Origin: an uncultured Anaerolineales bacterium
GTDB taxonomy: Bacteria; Chloroflexota; Anaerolineae; Anaerolineales; RBG-16-64-43
NCBI GenBank assembly: GCA_964521085.1
Contig: CAZFPL010000002.1
Location: 85,579 to 149,578, forward strand
Direction: 5' to 3'
Length of the DNA: 64,000 bases
This document shows positions 9,177 through 20,549 of this stretch, in pieces (the first letter of the stretch is position 1; each line of letters starts with the position of its first letter). Both the position numbers and the translations under genes were made by a program. Under the pieces are notes generated by a model, which saw only the letters and a list, made by a program, of their open reading frames with translations, made no database searches and was not told the DNA's origin.

Positions 9177-9868
9177 GCGACACTCCAGCCTCTACACGAT
9201 CCGCGCGCGAAGATGGGAAACTCGCACCCGGGAAAGGGGCGAAGGATATTGTACCGGAAAGCGGCTTCCTCCACCGGCGTCGCGTCCGGGTCGGTCGCTT
9301 CATTTCTCCAATCCAACGGACCCCATTCCGAGGGGGGCCAATAAATGATCCAGGCCTTTCCCACAACTTCTTTCATTGAAACGGGCCCGAAGGAGCGGGA
9401 ATCCAGCGAAAGTCCCCGATTATCGCCCATTACAAACAACTCGTCCGCACCCAGCTGCCAGCGGTTATCCGGCGACGTGGTTCCGGAGGTGTAGTGTTCC
9501 TCCAACATTATTCCGTTGATCCAAACCGATCCATCCCGGATTTCCACTGTCTCCCCCGGCAGGCCGATCACCCTTTTTATCAGATCGTCGGTCTGGGCAT
9601 TGGTCGGGGGGAGGAATACGACGATATCCCCGCGCCGGGGGGAACCCAGTTTATACGTCAGCCGGCTGACGACGATCCATTCTCCGCTGAGCAGGGTCGG
9701 CCGCATGCTCGGACCCTCGACAACCACCCGCGCGGTCACCAGGCTGATGACGAGATAAAACGCTCCGGCAAGCGCAAGCGTTTGCAGGATTTCGAAAACG
9801 ATCGCGCGCAGCCGGGATTTGGGTTTTTCCGGCGCCACCGCCTGCGGAAGGTACGATCCTTGTTTCAT
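9173..9868 (-). CDS. lepB: Signal peptidase I
   Basis: Boxes GPSMRPTL, GDIVVF, IKRVIGLPGE and GDNRGLSLDSR. I take the start at ATG 9868 (MKQGSY) because a strong promoter (9929-9958) lies inside the longer track ORF (to 9994). Confidence 0.9.
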   Translation of the reverse strand: MKQGSYLPQAVAPEKPKSRLRAIVFEILQTLALAGAFYLVISLVTARVVVEGPSMRPTLLSGEWIVVSRLTYKLGSPRRGDIVVFLPPTNAQTDDLIKRVIGLPGETVEIRDGSVWINGIMLEEHYTSGTTSPDNRWQLGADELFVMGDNRGLSLDSRSFGPVSMKEVVGKAWIIYWPPSEWGPLDWRNEATDPDATPVEEAAFRYNILRPFPGCEFPIFARGSCRGWSVA

Positions 9869-9928
9869 GACACCTCGGAAGTCGGAGATACGCAGCCGCC
9901 GGTAGATTTCCCAACGACAGCGGGGGAG

Positions 9929-9958
9929 ATTATACGGCTTCGCGGCGCGGGATGTAAA
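9929..9958 (-). promoter_or_regulatory. Sigma70-like promoter for lepB
   Basis: On the minus strand: TTTACA (9958-9953), an 18-nt spacer, then TATAAT (9934-9929). It is about 60 nt upstream of ATG 9868. Confidence 0.55.
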
Positions 9959-10003
9959 GGAATCGAATTGGGAAATGATTTTGCACTCATCCAAGGATTT
10001 TCT

Positions 10004-10050
10004 AAAAAAGCCGCAAAAAGGATATGGAATAATTCCGTCTCTTCTGCGGC
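10004..10050 (-). terminator. Rho-independent terminator downstream of der
   Basis: On the minus strand: GCCGCA...TGCGGC stem, extendable with G-U/A-U pairs, with an inner GGAAT/ATTCC stem, followed by TTTTTT. It lies about 50 nt after the der stop. Confidence 0.55.
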
Positions 10051-10099
10051 AATTCTCCTGATATTCGATGAGCGCGTGTGTCCGACCGCGAACGCAGAC

Positions 10100-11467
10100 T
10101 TAGGATTTCTTTCGGAAGGAGAAGACCAGCGGGGTTCCCAGAAACGCATAATGCTTGCGAATTTGGTTTTCGAGGAAACGGCGGTAGGAAAAATGGACCA
10201 GAACCGGATCGTTCACGTGGAACAGAAAAGTCGGTGGGTCGGCTTTCACCTGCGAACCGTAAGAGATCTTCAATTTCCGGCCCGCATGCGACGGGGGTGC
10301 GTGTTTCGCCTGCGCTTCCCGCAGAATCCGGTTTAATTCAGAGGTGGGAATTCTCACCAGCCGCTCTTCCTGGACCCGCAACGCCATCGGCAGAATATCC
10401 CCCGTGCGCTGACCGGTTTTCGCGGACACAAACAGCACCGGAACATAATCCAAAAAATCCAGCTCTTCGCGAATCCATTGTTCGAAGGCATCCTGGGAAC
10501 GCGAGTCTTTCTCCACCGCGTCCCATTTGTTGACCACCACCACCGTGCTGCGCCGGGAATCGGAAATGAAACCGGCGATGTGCGCATCCTGCATGGCGAT
10601 TCCCTGCGTGGCATCCAGCACCAGAAGCGCGACGTCCGCGCGCTCGATCGCCCGCAACGAACGCAACACACTGTATTTTTCCACCCCCGGTTCGATCTTC
10701 CCCCGGCGGCGGATTCCGGCGGTGTCGATCAAGACGACGGGCGTTCCCTGAAAATCCACAAGGGTATCCACGGCGTCGCGGGTCGTGCCGGGGATCGGGC
10801 TGACGATCACCCGTTCCTCTCCCAGCAGACGGTTGAGCAGGCTGCTCTTGCCCACATTCGGTTTGCCCACAATGGCGATGTGGATTCGATCTTCGACCTC
10901 CTCCGTCTCCGGAACGGCGGGCAACATCGCCGTCAGCGCATCCAGCAGATCCCCCACCCCGGTTCCGTGCAGGGCGGATACGGGGTAAGGATCCCCCATC
11001 CCCAATTCATAGAATTCGGCGGCCTGCTCCCGGCGGGAACGGTTCTCGCACTTGTTCACCACCAACAGGATCGGCGTGGCGGATCCCCCTTCGCGCGAAC
11101 CCTGCTGCTTGCGGAGAATCTCCGACACCTCGCGGTCGGGATGCGTCACCCCGGCGTCAGCGTCGACCAGGAACAGCACCAGGTCCGCGTCGCGGATCGC
11201 CATTTCCGCCTGGGACCGGATTTGCTGGATGTAATCCACCGATCCGACGGAGAGCGGCTTTCCGTGCCGGAAAAACTCCGGATCGATTCCGCCGGTATCC
11301 ACAATATCGAACATCCGCCCCTGCCACTCGCCTTCCGCCATCAACCGGTCGCGAGTCGTGCCGGGAGTATCGTCGACGACGGCCAGGCGCTGGCCGACCA
11401 GACGGTTGAAGAGGGTGGATTTGCCGACATTCGGCCGGCCCACCAGGGCGACGATCGGTTTACGCAT
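10100..11467 (-). CDS. der: Ribosome-associated GTPase Der (EngA)
   Basis: 455 aa with two tandem G domains (GRPNVGKSTLFN, DTGG; GKPNVGKSSLLN, DTAG, NKWD) plus a KH-like C-terminus. Confidence 0.95.
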   Translation of the reverse strand: MRKPIVALVGRPNVGKSTLFNRLVGQRLAVVDDTPGTTRDRLMAEGEWQGRMFDIVDTGGIDPEFFRHGKPLSVGSVDYIQQIRSQAEMAIRDADLVLFLVDADAGVTHPDREVSEILRKQQGSREGGSATPILLVVNKCENRSRREQAAEFYELGMGDPYPVSALHGTGVGDLLDALTAMLPAVPETEEVEDRIHIAIVGKPNVGKSSLLNRLLGEERVIVSPIPGTTRDAVDTLVDFQGTPVVLIDTAGIRRRGKIEPGVEKYSVLRSLRAIERADVALLVLDATQGIAMQDAHIAGFISDSRRSTVVVVNKWDAVEKDSRSQDAFEQWIREELDFLDYVPVLFVSAKTGQRTGDILPMALRVQEERLVRIPTSELNRILREAQAKHAPPSHAGRKLKISYGSQVKADPPTFLFHVNDPVLVHFSYRRFLENQIRKHYAFLGTPLVFSFRKKS

Positions 11468-11489
11468 CGGATGTTTTCGCTAGGAAGGA

Positions 11490-12725
11490 TTACTGCGTCG
11501 GTGTCGCTGTTTCTTCCACGATCACCACTTCCACCTGCTCCGGCGAGAGGGTTACCAGCTGCAATTCATTCGGCTTGTTCACTTCCGGGGTCAATTTGTA
11601 CGTACCCGGGCCCTTTCCTTTCAGGTCCAGGAAGACATCGATATCCGCCGGTTTAAGCGACCAAATGATGGGAGCGGGACCCGAGAGGATGACATCCACG
11701 AATGCCGGCGAGAGGGTAACCGACAATCCCGGCTCCAAACCCTGGAAGCGGATCGGCCGCGAGATGGTGATGCTGTCTTCGATGGCGGAGATGCTCACCT
11801 GGACGATGATTTTCGGATCCCCCACCACCTGGACGCCGGCGGGCAGGACCAGAGAAAGCGATCGGGTGATATCGGCCGAAGCCCCGGAAATATCCAGCGG
11901 CTGAGTCTCCACATAACCGGGAAGAGCCCGGATCACTTCCGGATCATCAGAATAAAGGGTCACCACCTGCGGATTGATGGTCAATCCGGTCAGCCGGTAT
12001 CCGCTTTTCACCACACCCAGCAGGGGAACCTTCACCACCAGGTCGCGGTATCCGCCAAGCTGCTGCACGGGGACCGAGATGGAAACCGCCGCCGGATCGA
12101 TGGAAACGCCGGTGACGACGTTCCCCTCCGGATCCAGCGGCACGAGGGCAACACTCTGATCCGTCGCGCTGCGCATCCCTTCCACGTCGACCGTGGCGAC
12201 GATTTCGGCAATTCGATCCACAAGCGATTCCGGTCCGGATACAATTACGGTCTCCGGCGACAGGGTGGGCGTGCCGGCTTGAAATCCCGGCGCCAGGTTG
12301 CCGGCCAGTTGAACATGGACAGCCATGGAGCGGGTGGCCAGGCGGTCGATGAGAATCCGCAGCGTATCGGGATCCACTTTTTCCACCAGCACCGGAGAGA
12401 TATCCGTCTGGATGCTCACCGGAACCGAATATTCGCCTTCGGTTTTTCCCGTCAGATCCAGCCGGGCATGGATGTTTTCCGGCACGAGCTGATCCCAGAT
12501 CGAACGCGGCGCGCGGATCGTCACCTGGACTGTGGTGGTTTCGTATCCTTGTGCGACCAATCCCTGCTGAAGCCCGACCACTTCCACCATAAGCGGCGCG
12601 GAGAGGGTCCGGGTTTCATTCGGGTCCTCGGTGGATACGGCGTTCACCCACACCGCTAAGGCGAGAATGGCGGCGAGCAGAAAAGAAAAAATATTGGCTC
12701 CCAGGGAGAGCAGTTTCTGCTTCAT
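11490..12725 (-). CDS. cdaR: YbbR-domain protein, CdaA regulator CdaR
   Basis: 411 aa. N-terminal TM followed by repeated YbbR-like beta modules. The ATG overlaps the cdaA stop (ATGA). Confidence 0.8.
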   Translation of the reverse strand: MKQKLLSLGANIFSFLLAAILALAVWVNAVSTEDPNETRTLSAPLMVEVVGLQQGLVAQGYETTTVQVTIRAPRSIWDQLVPENIHARLDLTGKTEGEYSVPVSIQTDISPVLVEKVDPDTLRILIDRLATRSMAVHVQLAGNLAPGFQAGTPTLSPETVIVSGPESLVDRIAEIVATVDVEGMRSATDQSVALVPLDPEGNVVTGVSIDPAAVSISVPVQQLGGYRDLVVKVPLLGVVKSGYRLTGLTINPQVVTLYSDDPEVIRALPGYVETQPLDISGASADITRSLSLVLPAGVQVVGDPKIIVQVSISAIEDSITISRPIRFQGLEPGLSVTLSPAFVDVILSGPAPIIWSLKPADIDVFLDLKGKGPGTYKLTPEVNKPNELQLVTLSPEQVEVVIVEETATPTQ

Positions 12726-13621
12726 TCGGAATGCCTTTCTTCCCCGTCCATACCCTCCCCATCCGCTTGCCGGGTGAGGACTCCCGCTCCCTTCCGTCGA
12801 AACAGCGGCCAGGGGATGATCGGGGAACGCGATACATTCCGGGTGAACGCCAGCAGGATGTTCTGCAGGCGTTGCGGATCAAGCCGCCGGATCATGCGGC
12901 CGTTATGGGCCACCGAGAGGATGCCCGTTTCCTCTGAGACCACCACCGCCACGGCGTCGCTCACTTCGCTGATTCCCAGCGCCGCGCGGTGGCGCAATCC
13001 CATCCGTCGTTCCGACGCGGCGAGCGCGTTGCCGGAGGAAAGCGGCACGACGCATCCGGCGGCGAGGATCCGTTCGCGGCGCAGGATGACCGCGCCGTCA
13101 TGCATCGGCGTATTCGGGTAGAAAATCTGCAGGAGCAGTTCTGTCGAAACGTCGGCGTCCAACCGCAGTCCGGTGCACGAAAAATCATCCAGCCCGACGT
13201 CGCGTTCGATCACAAGCAGCGCTCCGTGCCGCCTTTCGGAAAGCCGTTTGGCGGCGGCGACAACCGCCTGAATGTAGGGCGGAATTTCCGTCGCCGGCGA
13301 CGCGCGGCGGAAAAAGTCCGCCCGCCCCACCCGCTCCAGGGTGCGACGGATTTCCGGGGCGAACACGACCGGGATGACGATGAGAAGCGCCGGGAGAATG
13401 GTCTGTAGAATCCAGGAAACCGCCGGAAGCTTGGTTATGCTGGTCAGGAGCGCGACCCCGACGATCATGATCGCGATCCCGCGCAGAACCGTGCCGGCCT
13501 GAGTGCCCCGGAATTGGGTCAACACGATGAAGAACAGCAGCGCGACCAGGCCGATATCCAGAACGTCATACCATTGTATTCGCTCGAACAGGAAGAGGAT
13601 GTTCTGGACGATGTGAGTCAT
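12722..13621 (-). CDS. cdaA: Diadenylate cyclase CdaA (DisA_N domain)
   Basis: Three N-terminal TMs followed by the DAC domain, with motifs DGAVIL, RHRAALG and VVVSEETG. Confidence 0.9.
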   Translation of the reverse strand: MTHIVQNILFLFERIQWYDVLDIGLVALLFFIVLTQFRGTQAGTVLRGIAIMIVGVALLTSITKLPAVSWILQTILPALLIVIPVVFAPEIRRTLERVGRADFFRRASPATEIPPYIQAVVAAAKRLSERRHGALLVIERDVGLDDFSCTGLRLDADVSTELLLQIFYPNTPMHDGAVILRRERILAAGCVVPLSSGNALAASERRMGLRHRAALGISEVSDAVAVVVSEETGILSVAHNGRMIRRLDPQRLQNILLAFTRNVSRSPIIPWPLFRRKGAGVLTRQADGEGMDGEERHSE

Positions 13622-13630
13622 CGGATATGG

Positions 13631-15967
13631 TCAGGAAACGGAGCCGGATTCCAATTTTTGAAGCAGATCCTGATATCCTTCCGCGTTGGGCGGGCGTAAC
13701 GCGAGGATCGCGCGCACCGTAAGAATCGCGTCGGGGATGTTGCCGGCTTCCACCTGCGCATCACCCAGCGCGTCCAGTTGCCCGATCGCTTCGGCGATCC
13801 GCCCCCGCTGCTGATAGGTCTCCGCCAGTTTCCGCCGAAGCAACGCCTCCTCCGGGCGGACGCGCACCAATTCCTCGAGCCATGCCAGCACCTGGTCCTG
13901 GCGTCCGATCCGGGTCCACTCGCGGGATACGCTGTCGATCAAATTCTGCGCGTCGGTGACTTTCCCCAAGCGCATCATCAGGTCCACCAGCTGGGTGCCC
14001 GCTTTTTCATCGGTTGGGTCGAGTTGTTGCAGGCGCTGGAAGGTCTGCAACGCAGCCCGGTAATCGAGTCGCTGCATATACAGGTCGCCCAGCCGGTAGA
14101 GAAGTTGGATCTGCCAGGATTTGTCGGCGTTGTTCCGGATCGCAAGCATCAGTGCGGACTCGTACGTCTGGCGCGCCCCTTCCAGATCCGCGAGTTGCGT
14201 GTACACATCCGCCAGGTCGAGGTAGAAACTCAGCGCGCTTCGCAGGTCACCCTGTTGCACCAGCAGGTTGATCAACTCGGTGCGTGAATTCACATCCATC
14301 GGGTTTATCTGCAGGACGCGTTCATAGGTCTTTGCGGCCTGCAGCGTTTCGCCCCGGATCCGGTAGGTCCGCGCGATCAGCGCCAGTTTGGAAAGCGCCT
14401 CCGTTTGTTTGTCTTCCTTCAATTGGATTTCCGTGATGCGCAAGTGCAGCGGCAGATACGTCGGACCATGGTCGAGGGCGAGCATCGCCTGTTCCATCGC
14501 TGTCCGCCAGAAACCGCGCTGTACGGCCAGATCCAGGTAGCCCATGGCTTCGATGAGGGCCTGCGGTTTACCGAGCGAGAGCATTTCGGCCAGCGGAGCT
14601 GTCCCGGGGGCATCCGATTGCGCATCCAACTGGGCACGCGCCAATCTCAGGCGGCTTTCCCAATCCGGGGATGTCAACAGGGATTCGATCCGCTCTCCCG
14701 TTTGATTCCATTGATCCCCTTCCTGCTCGGATTCCGGGACTTCGAGAAAGGCCTCGTAGGTGCGCTGCAGGGCATCCCGCTGGTCTTCCGGGACGGTGTT
14801 CATATCCGCCAGGCGCAGCGCGGAGAGAAAATGAATGGCCGACTGGTACGGCTTTCCCGAATCGCGGCAAGCCCGGCCGAGGATGTAATGCGCACCCATC
14901 GAGAGGTCCGGGTGTTCGACCGCTTTTTGCAGCGAGAGCATCGCCTGCTCCAACTGCCCTTCCGCCAGCTGCAGCGTGCCGAACAAAAACGACGCCGCCG
15001 GATGCTCGAAACCCACCCGGAAGGCGCGGTCAAAATATTGCATGGCTTCCTTTTGCTGCTGCCGGGAATAAGCATCGATGGCCAGGGCGAGGTACCGGTT
15101 TTGGTCGGCGTGTGCCGACGACGCCTTATCCTCACCGCGCGTGAATTGGTCGATGGATGTGCGCCGCTGATCGAAAGTGTCCCTGTCCGCCTCGAAAAGT
15201 TTTTCGGCCAGGACCGCCATCGCCTTCTTCTGCGCCGCGTCCTGAGGGCTGGTGGAGCGCTGTTCCAGGCTGGTCGTCGCCGGCCGGGGCGCCGGAGCGG
15301 CCGGCTCCGGCTGCATACCGGGCGGCGTCAGCATTCCGGTCATGCCCGGTTTATAGGGTGCTGGAATGGCGAGCATCTTGCCGGACTTCAACGCCGAACG
15401 AGCGCGGGCAAGTTCCGGGGAATCGGGGAGGATTTTCATCCCCTGTTCGACGGCCTGCATCGCTTTTTCGGGCTGGCGGGCGCGTTGCATGATGGCGGCA
15501 AGAGCCAGGTATTCGGTAACCGCCTGCTTGGGCTGCCCCGTCCGTTCGAATGCCAGCGCCAGCCTGGATCGGGCAACCATGTTTTCCGGAACCAGCCGCG
15601 CGGCGGCCAGCCAGTTATCGATGGCCTTGTCCGCCTCATGCGAGGCGAGGAAGAGTTCCGCCGCACTCAGCCGGAGTTGGACCGATTCCACGACCTTGCC
15701 GCTGCGCTCCAGGATTTCAGCGATCTTCTCGTGCGGAATCGGATTATGCGAATCGGTGCGGATGGCCTCCTGGTACACCGATTGGGCCTGCTCGAGTTGC
15801 CCGCTTTGCATATAGGCCAGGCCCAAATGGTCCATCGCCACCGGGTCGCCGGGGAATTCTGTCAGGGCGCGTTGGTAGGCGGTGATCGCCTGCTCCCACT
15901 TCTGGTCCCAAGCCGCGCTGTTCCCCTGCCTGAGCGCTTGTTCGTACACTTCTCGATTACCGGCCAT
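13631..15967 (-). CDS. TPR-repeat protein (778 aa)
   Basis: Long array of 34-aa TPR-like repeats (A/Y/L periodicity) with a Pro/Ala-rich linker in the middle. It ends 10 nt upstream of cdaA. Confidence 0.75.
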   Translation of the reverse strand: MAGNREVYEQALRQGNSAAWDQKWEQAITAYQRALTEFPGDPVAMDHLGLAYMQSGQLEQAQSVYQEAIRTDSHNPIPHEKIAEILERSGKVVESVQLRLSAAELFLASHEADKAIDNWLAAARLVPENMVARSRLALAFERTGQPKQAVTEYLALAAIMQRARQPEKAMQAVEQGMKILPDSPELARARSALKSGKMLAIPAPYKPGMTGMLTPPGMQPEPAAPAPRPATTSLEQRSTSPQDAAQKKAMAVLAEKLFEADRDTFDQRRTSIDQFTRGEDKASSAHADQNRYLALAIDAYSRQQQKEAMQYFDRAFRVGFEHPAASFLFGTLQLAEGQLEQAMLSLQKAVEHPDLSMGAHYILGRACRDSGKPYQSAIHFLSALRLADMNTVPEDQRDALQRTYEAFLEVPESEQEGDQWNQTGERIESLLTSPDWESRLRLARAQLDAQSDAPGTAPLAEMLSLGKPQALIEAMGYLDLAVQRGFWRTAMEQAMLALDHGPTYLPLHLRITEIQLKEDKQTEALSKLALIARTYRIRGETLQAAKTYERVLQINPMDVNSRTELINLLVQQGDLRSALSFYLDLADVYTQLADLEGARQTYESALMLAIRNNADKSWQIQLLYRLGDLYMQRLDYRAALQTFQRLQQLDPTDEKAGTQLVDLMMRLGKVTDAQNLIDSVSREWTRIGRQDQVLAWLEELVRVRPEEALLRRKLAETYQQRGRIAEAIGQLDALGDAQVEAGNIPDAILTVRAILALRPPNAEGYQDLLQKLESGSVS

Positions 15968-15991
15968 TCGTCCTCGAAAGTTTCATCTCAG

Positions 15992-16056
15992 AGTATAGCA
16001 TACCGAGGAAGCAGCCCATTTCCCGGATATATTTTTTTTAAAGGGATTTTTTTTAT
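15992..16056 (-). promoter_or_regulatory. Extended -10 promoter (TGCTATACT) with A/T-tract UP-like region
   Basis: On the minus strand: TGC-TATACT at 16000-15992, about 25 nt upstream of ATG 15967, with GAGGA as SD. A8/T8 tracts at 16027-16056 lie upstream. No good -35 element. Confidence 0.4.
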
Positions 16057-16264
16057 CGGCGGTTCGGGGGGATCGCCCTGAAATCGGGATGGGATGGATT
16101 GTCCGCATGCGCCGATGGGGTGCGAATCCGACGGTCGGAAGAGGCTACCCGACGTGAGGCCGATTGGATGAATCGAGGGAGGTGCGAGGAAGAACCGGAA
16201 GCGCCGTCCGCGCAGGCGGATTTCCCGGGGCGGGAGGAATGCGCTATTCCAACCGTTTAAAATG

Positions 16265-17248
16265 TTATTCCTCCGGATACTTCAGTCCCCATTCGCCGCG
16301 GATGGCGTCCAAGGTTTGCATGATGTGAAGCGTCTCCTCAAGCGGCATCACCCCGCTTTCCAGTTTGCCGCTCCGCAGGCAATCCATCACTTCCAACGCC
16401 TCGTGGGCATACCCGTTGCCGAGGTAGGGCATCGAAATTTCTTCCTCCGCCTGTCCCGATCGGGTCAGGGTGATGGTGTTTGCGAACCACCATGGGCGGT
16501 GGATCCGGATCCGCCCGCCCGTTCCGATAATGTGCGCTTCCTGGGGGGATGTGAACCGCAAGGAACACGAGACAACCGCCAGCCGGCCGGCGGAATATTC
16601 CATAATCGCCGCCGATTGCTCGTCCACCCCGGTGGAGCCGAGCGTCGCCGCCGAAACCAGCCGCCGCGGGACTTCGCCGAACACCATCGAGGCCAGGGAG
16701 ACCGGATACACTCCGAGGTCCAGCAACGCGCCGCCGCCGAGCGCCGGATCGAAGAGCCTGCTTTTCGGATCAAACGCCGGTCGGATACCGAAGTCGGCCT
16801 GCACTTGACGCACTTCCCCGAGCGCCCCTTCCGCCAGCAGGCTGCGGATCTTCACGAAGATGGGGAAGTAGCGGGTCCACATCGCTTCCATGAGAAAGAT
16901 CCGCTTTTTCCGCGCCAGGGCGACGACTTCTTCCGCCTGGCGCGCATTGATCGTAAACGGTTTTTCGCACAATACCGCCTTTCCGGCGGATAAGCACCCG
17001 AGGGCGTTTTCCCGGTGCAAAGTATGCGGGGTCGCGATATACACCGCGTCCACTTCCGGATCATCCATAAGCGCCGCATAGCTTCCGTGGCGGTGCGGGA
17101 TATTCCATTTCGCGCCGAAGGCTTCCGCGGAATCCTGCGTGCGTGATCCCACGGCGGTCATGCGCGCATCCGGCAGGATATCCAGGGCTTCCGAAAATTT
17201 TTGGGCAATCCCGCCCGTTCCCAGAATTCCCCAGCGTATGGTTTTCAT
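16265..17248 (-). CDS. Gfo/Idh/MocA family NAD(P)-dependent oxidoreductase
   Basis: N-terminal Rossmann motif IRWGILGTGGIA and an EKP motif (VLCEKPF). 327 aa. Confidence 0.85.
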   Translation of the reverse strand: MKTIRWGILGTGGIAQKFSEALDILPDARMTAVGSRTQDSAEAFGAKWNIPHRHGSYAALMDDPEVDAVYIATPHTLHRENALGCLSAGKAVLCEKPFTINARQAEEVVALARKKRIFLMEAMWTRYFPIFVKIRSLLAEGALGEVRQVQADFGIRPAFDPKSRLFDPALGGGALLDLGVYPVSLASMVFGEVPRRLVSAATLGSTGVDEQSAAIMEYSAGRLAVVSCSLRFTSPQEAHIIGTGGRIRIHRPWWFANTITLTRSGQAEEEISMPYLGNGYAHEALEVMDCLRSGKLESGVMPLEETLHIMQTLDAIRGEWGLKYPEE

Positions 17249-17269
17249 GTTCCTCGCTTTCGATCCAGC

Positions 17270-20296
<3,027 letters not shown>

Positions 20297-20353
20297 TTTG
20301 AATTTCCCATGGGGGCTGGATTTTGGGATTATATCTTATCGGGCATCCGGTCC

Positions 20354-20385
20354 GGAAAAGAAACCGCCGCCCGGATTCGGCGGCG
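20354..20385 (-). terminator. Rho-independent terminator of tRNA-Leu
   Basis: On the minus strand: CGCCGCC-gaauccg-GGCGGCG, followed by GTTTCTTTTCC. It begins 8 nt after the tRNA 3' end. Confidence 0.65.
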
Positions 20386-20392
20386 ATTGGAG

Positions 20393-20474
20393 TGCGCTGG
20401 GGGGGAGTTGAACCCCCACGCCTTGCGGCACATGGCCCTCAACCATGCCTGTCTGCCAGTTCCAGCACCAGCGC
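20393..20474 (-). tRNA. tRNA-Leu (anticodon GAG), CCA not encoded
   Basis: Cloverleaf folded by hand. Acceptor GCGCUGG/CCAGCGC. D-arm contains GG. Anticodon stem CAUGG/CCAUG with loop UUGAGGG. Long variable arm UGCCGCAAGGCG. T-arm GGGGG-UUCAACU-CCCCC. Discriminator A. Confidence 0.9.
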
Positions 20475-20490
20475 GGCAGGAAGCGCCGGA

Positions 20491-20518
20491 ATTATAGCCC
20501 AGCAAGGGGGCGTGTCAA
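20491..20518 (-). promoter_or_regulatory. Consensus sigma70-type promoter for tRNA-Leu
   Basis: On the minus strand: TTGACA (20518-20513), a 16-nt spacer, then TATAAT (20496-20491). An A7 tract lies upstream. The -10 element ends 17 nt before the mature 5' end. Confidence 0.7.
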
Positions 20519-20549
20519 CCGTCGGTTTTTTTCGCGCTCACAACGCCGT

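Noticed and set aside
10478-11656. Long antisense ORFs opposite clear genes. Examples: 10478..11656 opposite der, 14405..16081 opposite the TPR gene, 43898..45508 opposite the GH35-like gene, 4561..5784, 19388..20497, 41600..42694 and 60798..61934.
   Set aside because: All are Arg/Gly/Pro/His-rich with no recognisable domains. All lie antisense to ORFs with strong family signatures. I treat them as GC-driven artefacts.
20297-20392. Possible T-box leader upstream of glyQS
   Set aside because: Only ~96 nt are available, and most of it is taken by the tRNA-Leu terminator and a TATAAT. I saw no T-box-like conserved sequence or terminator/antiterminator pair.
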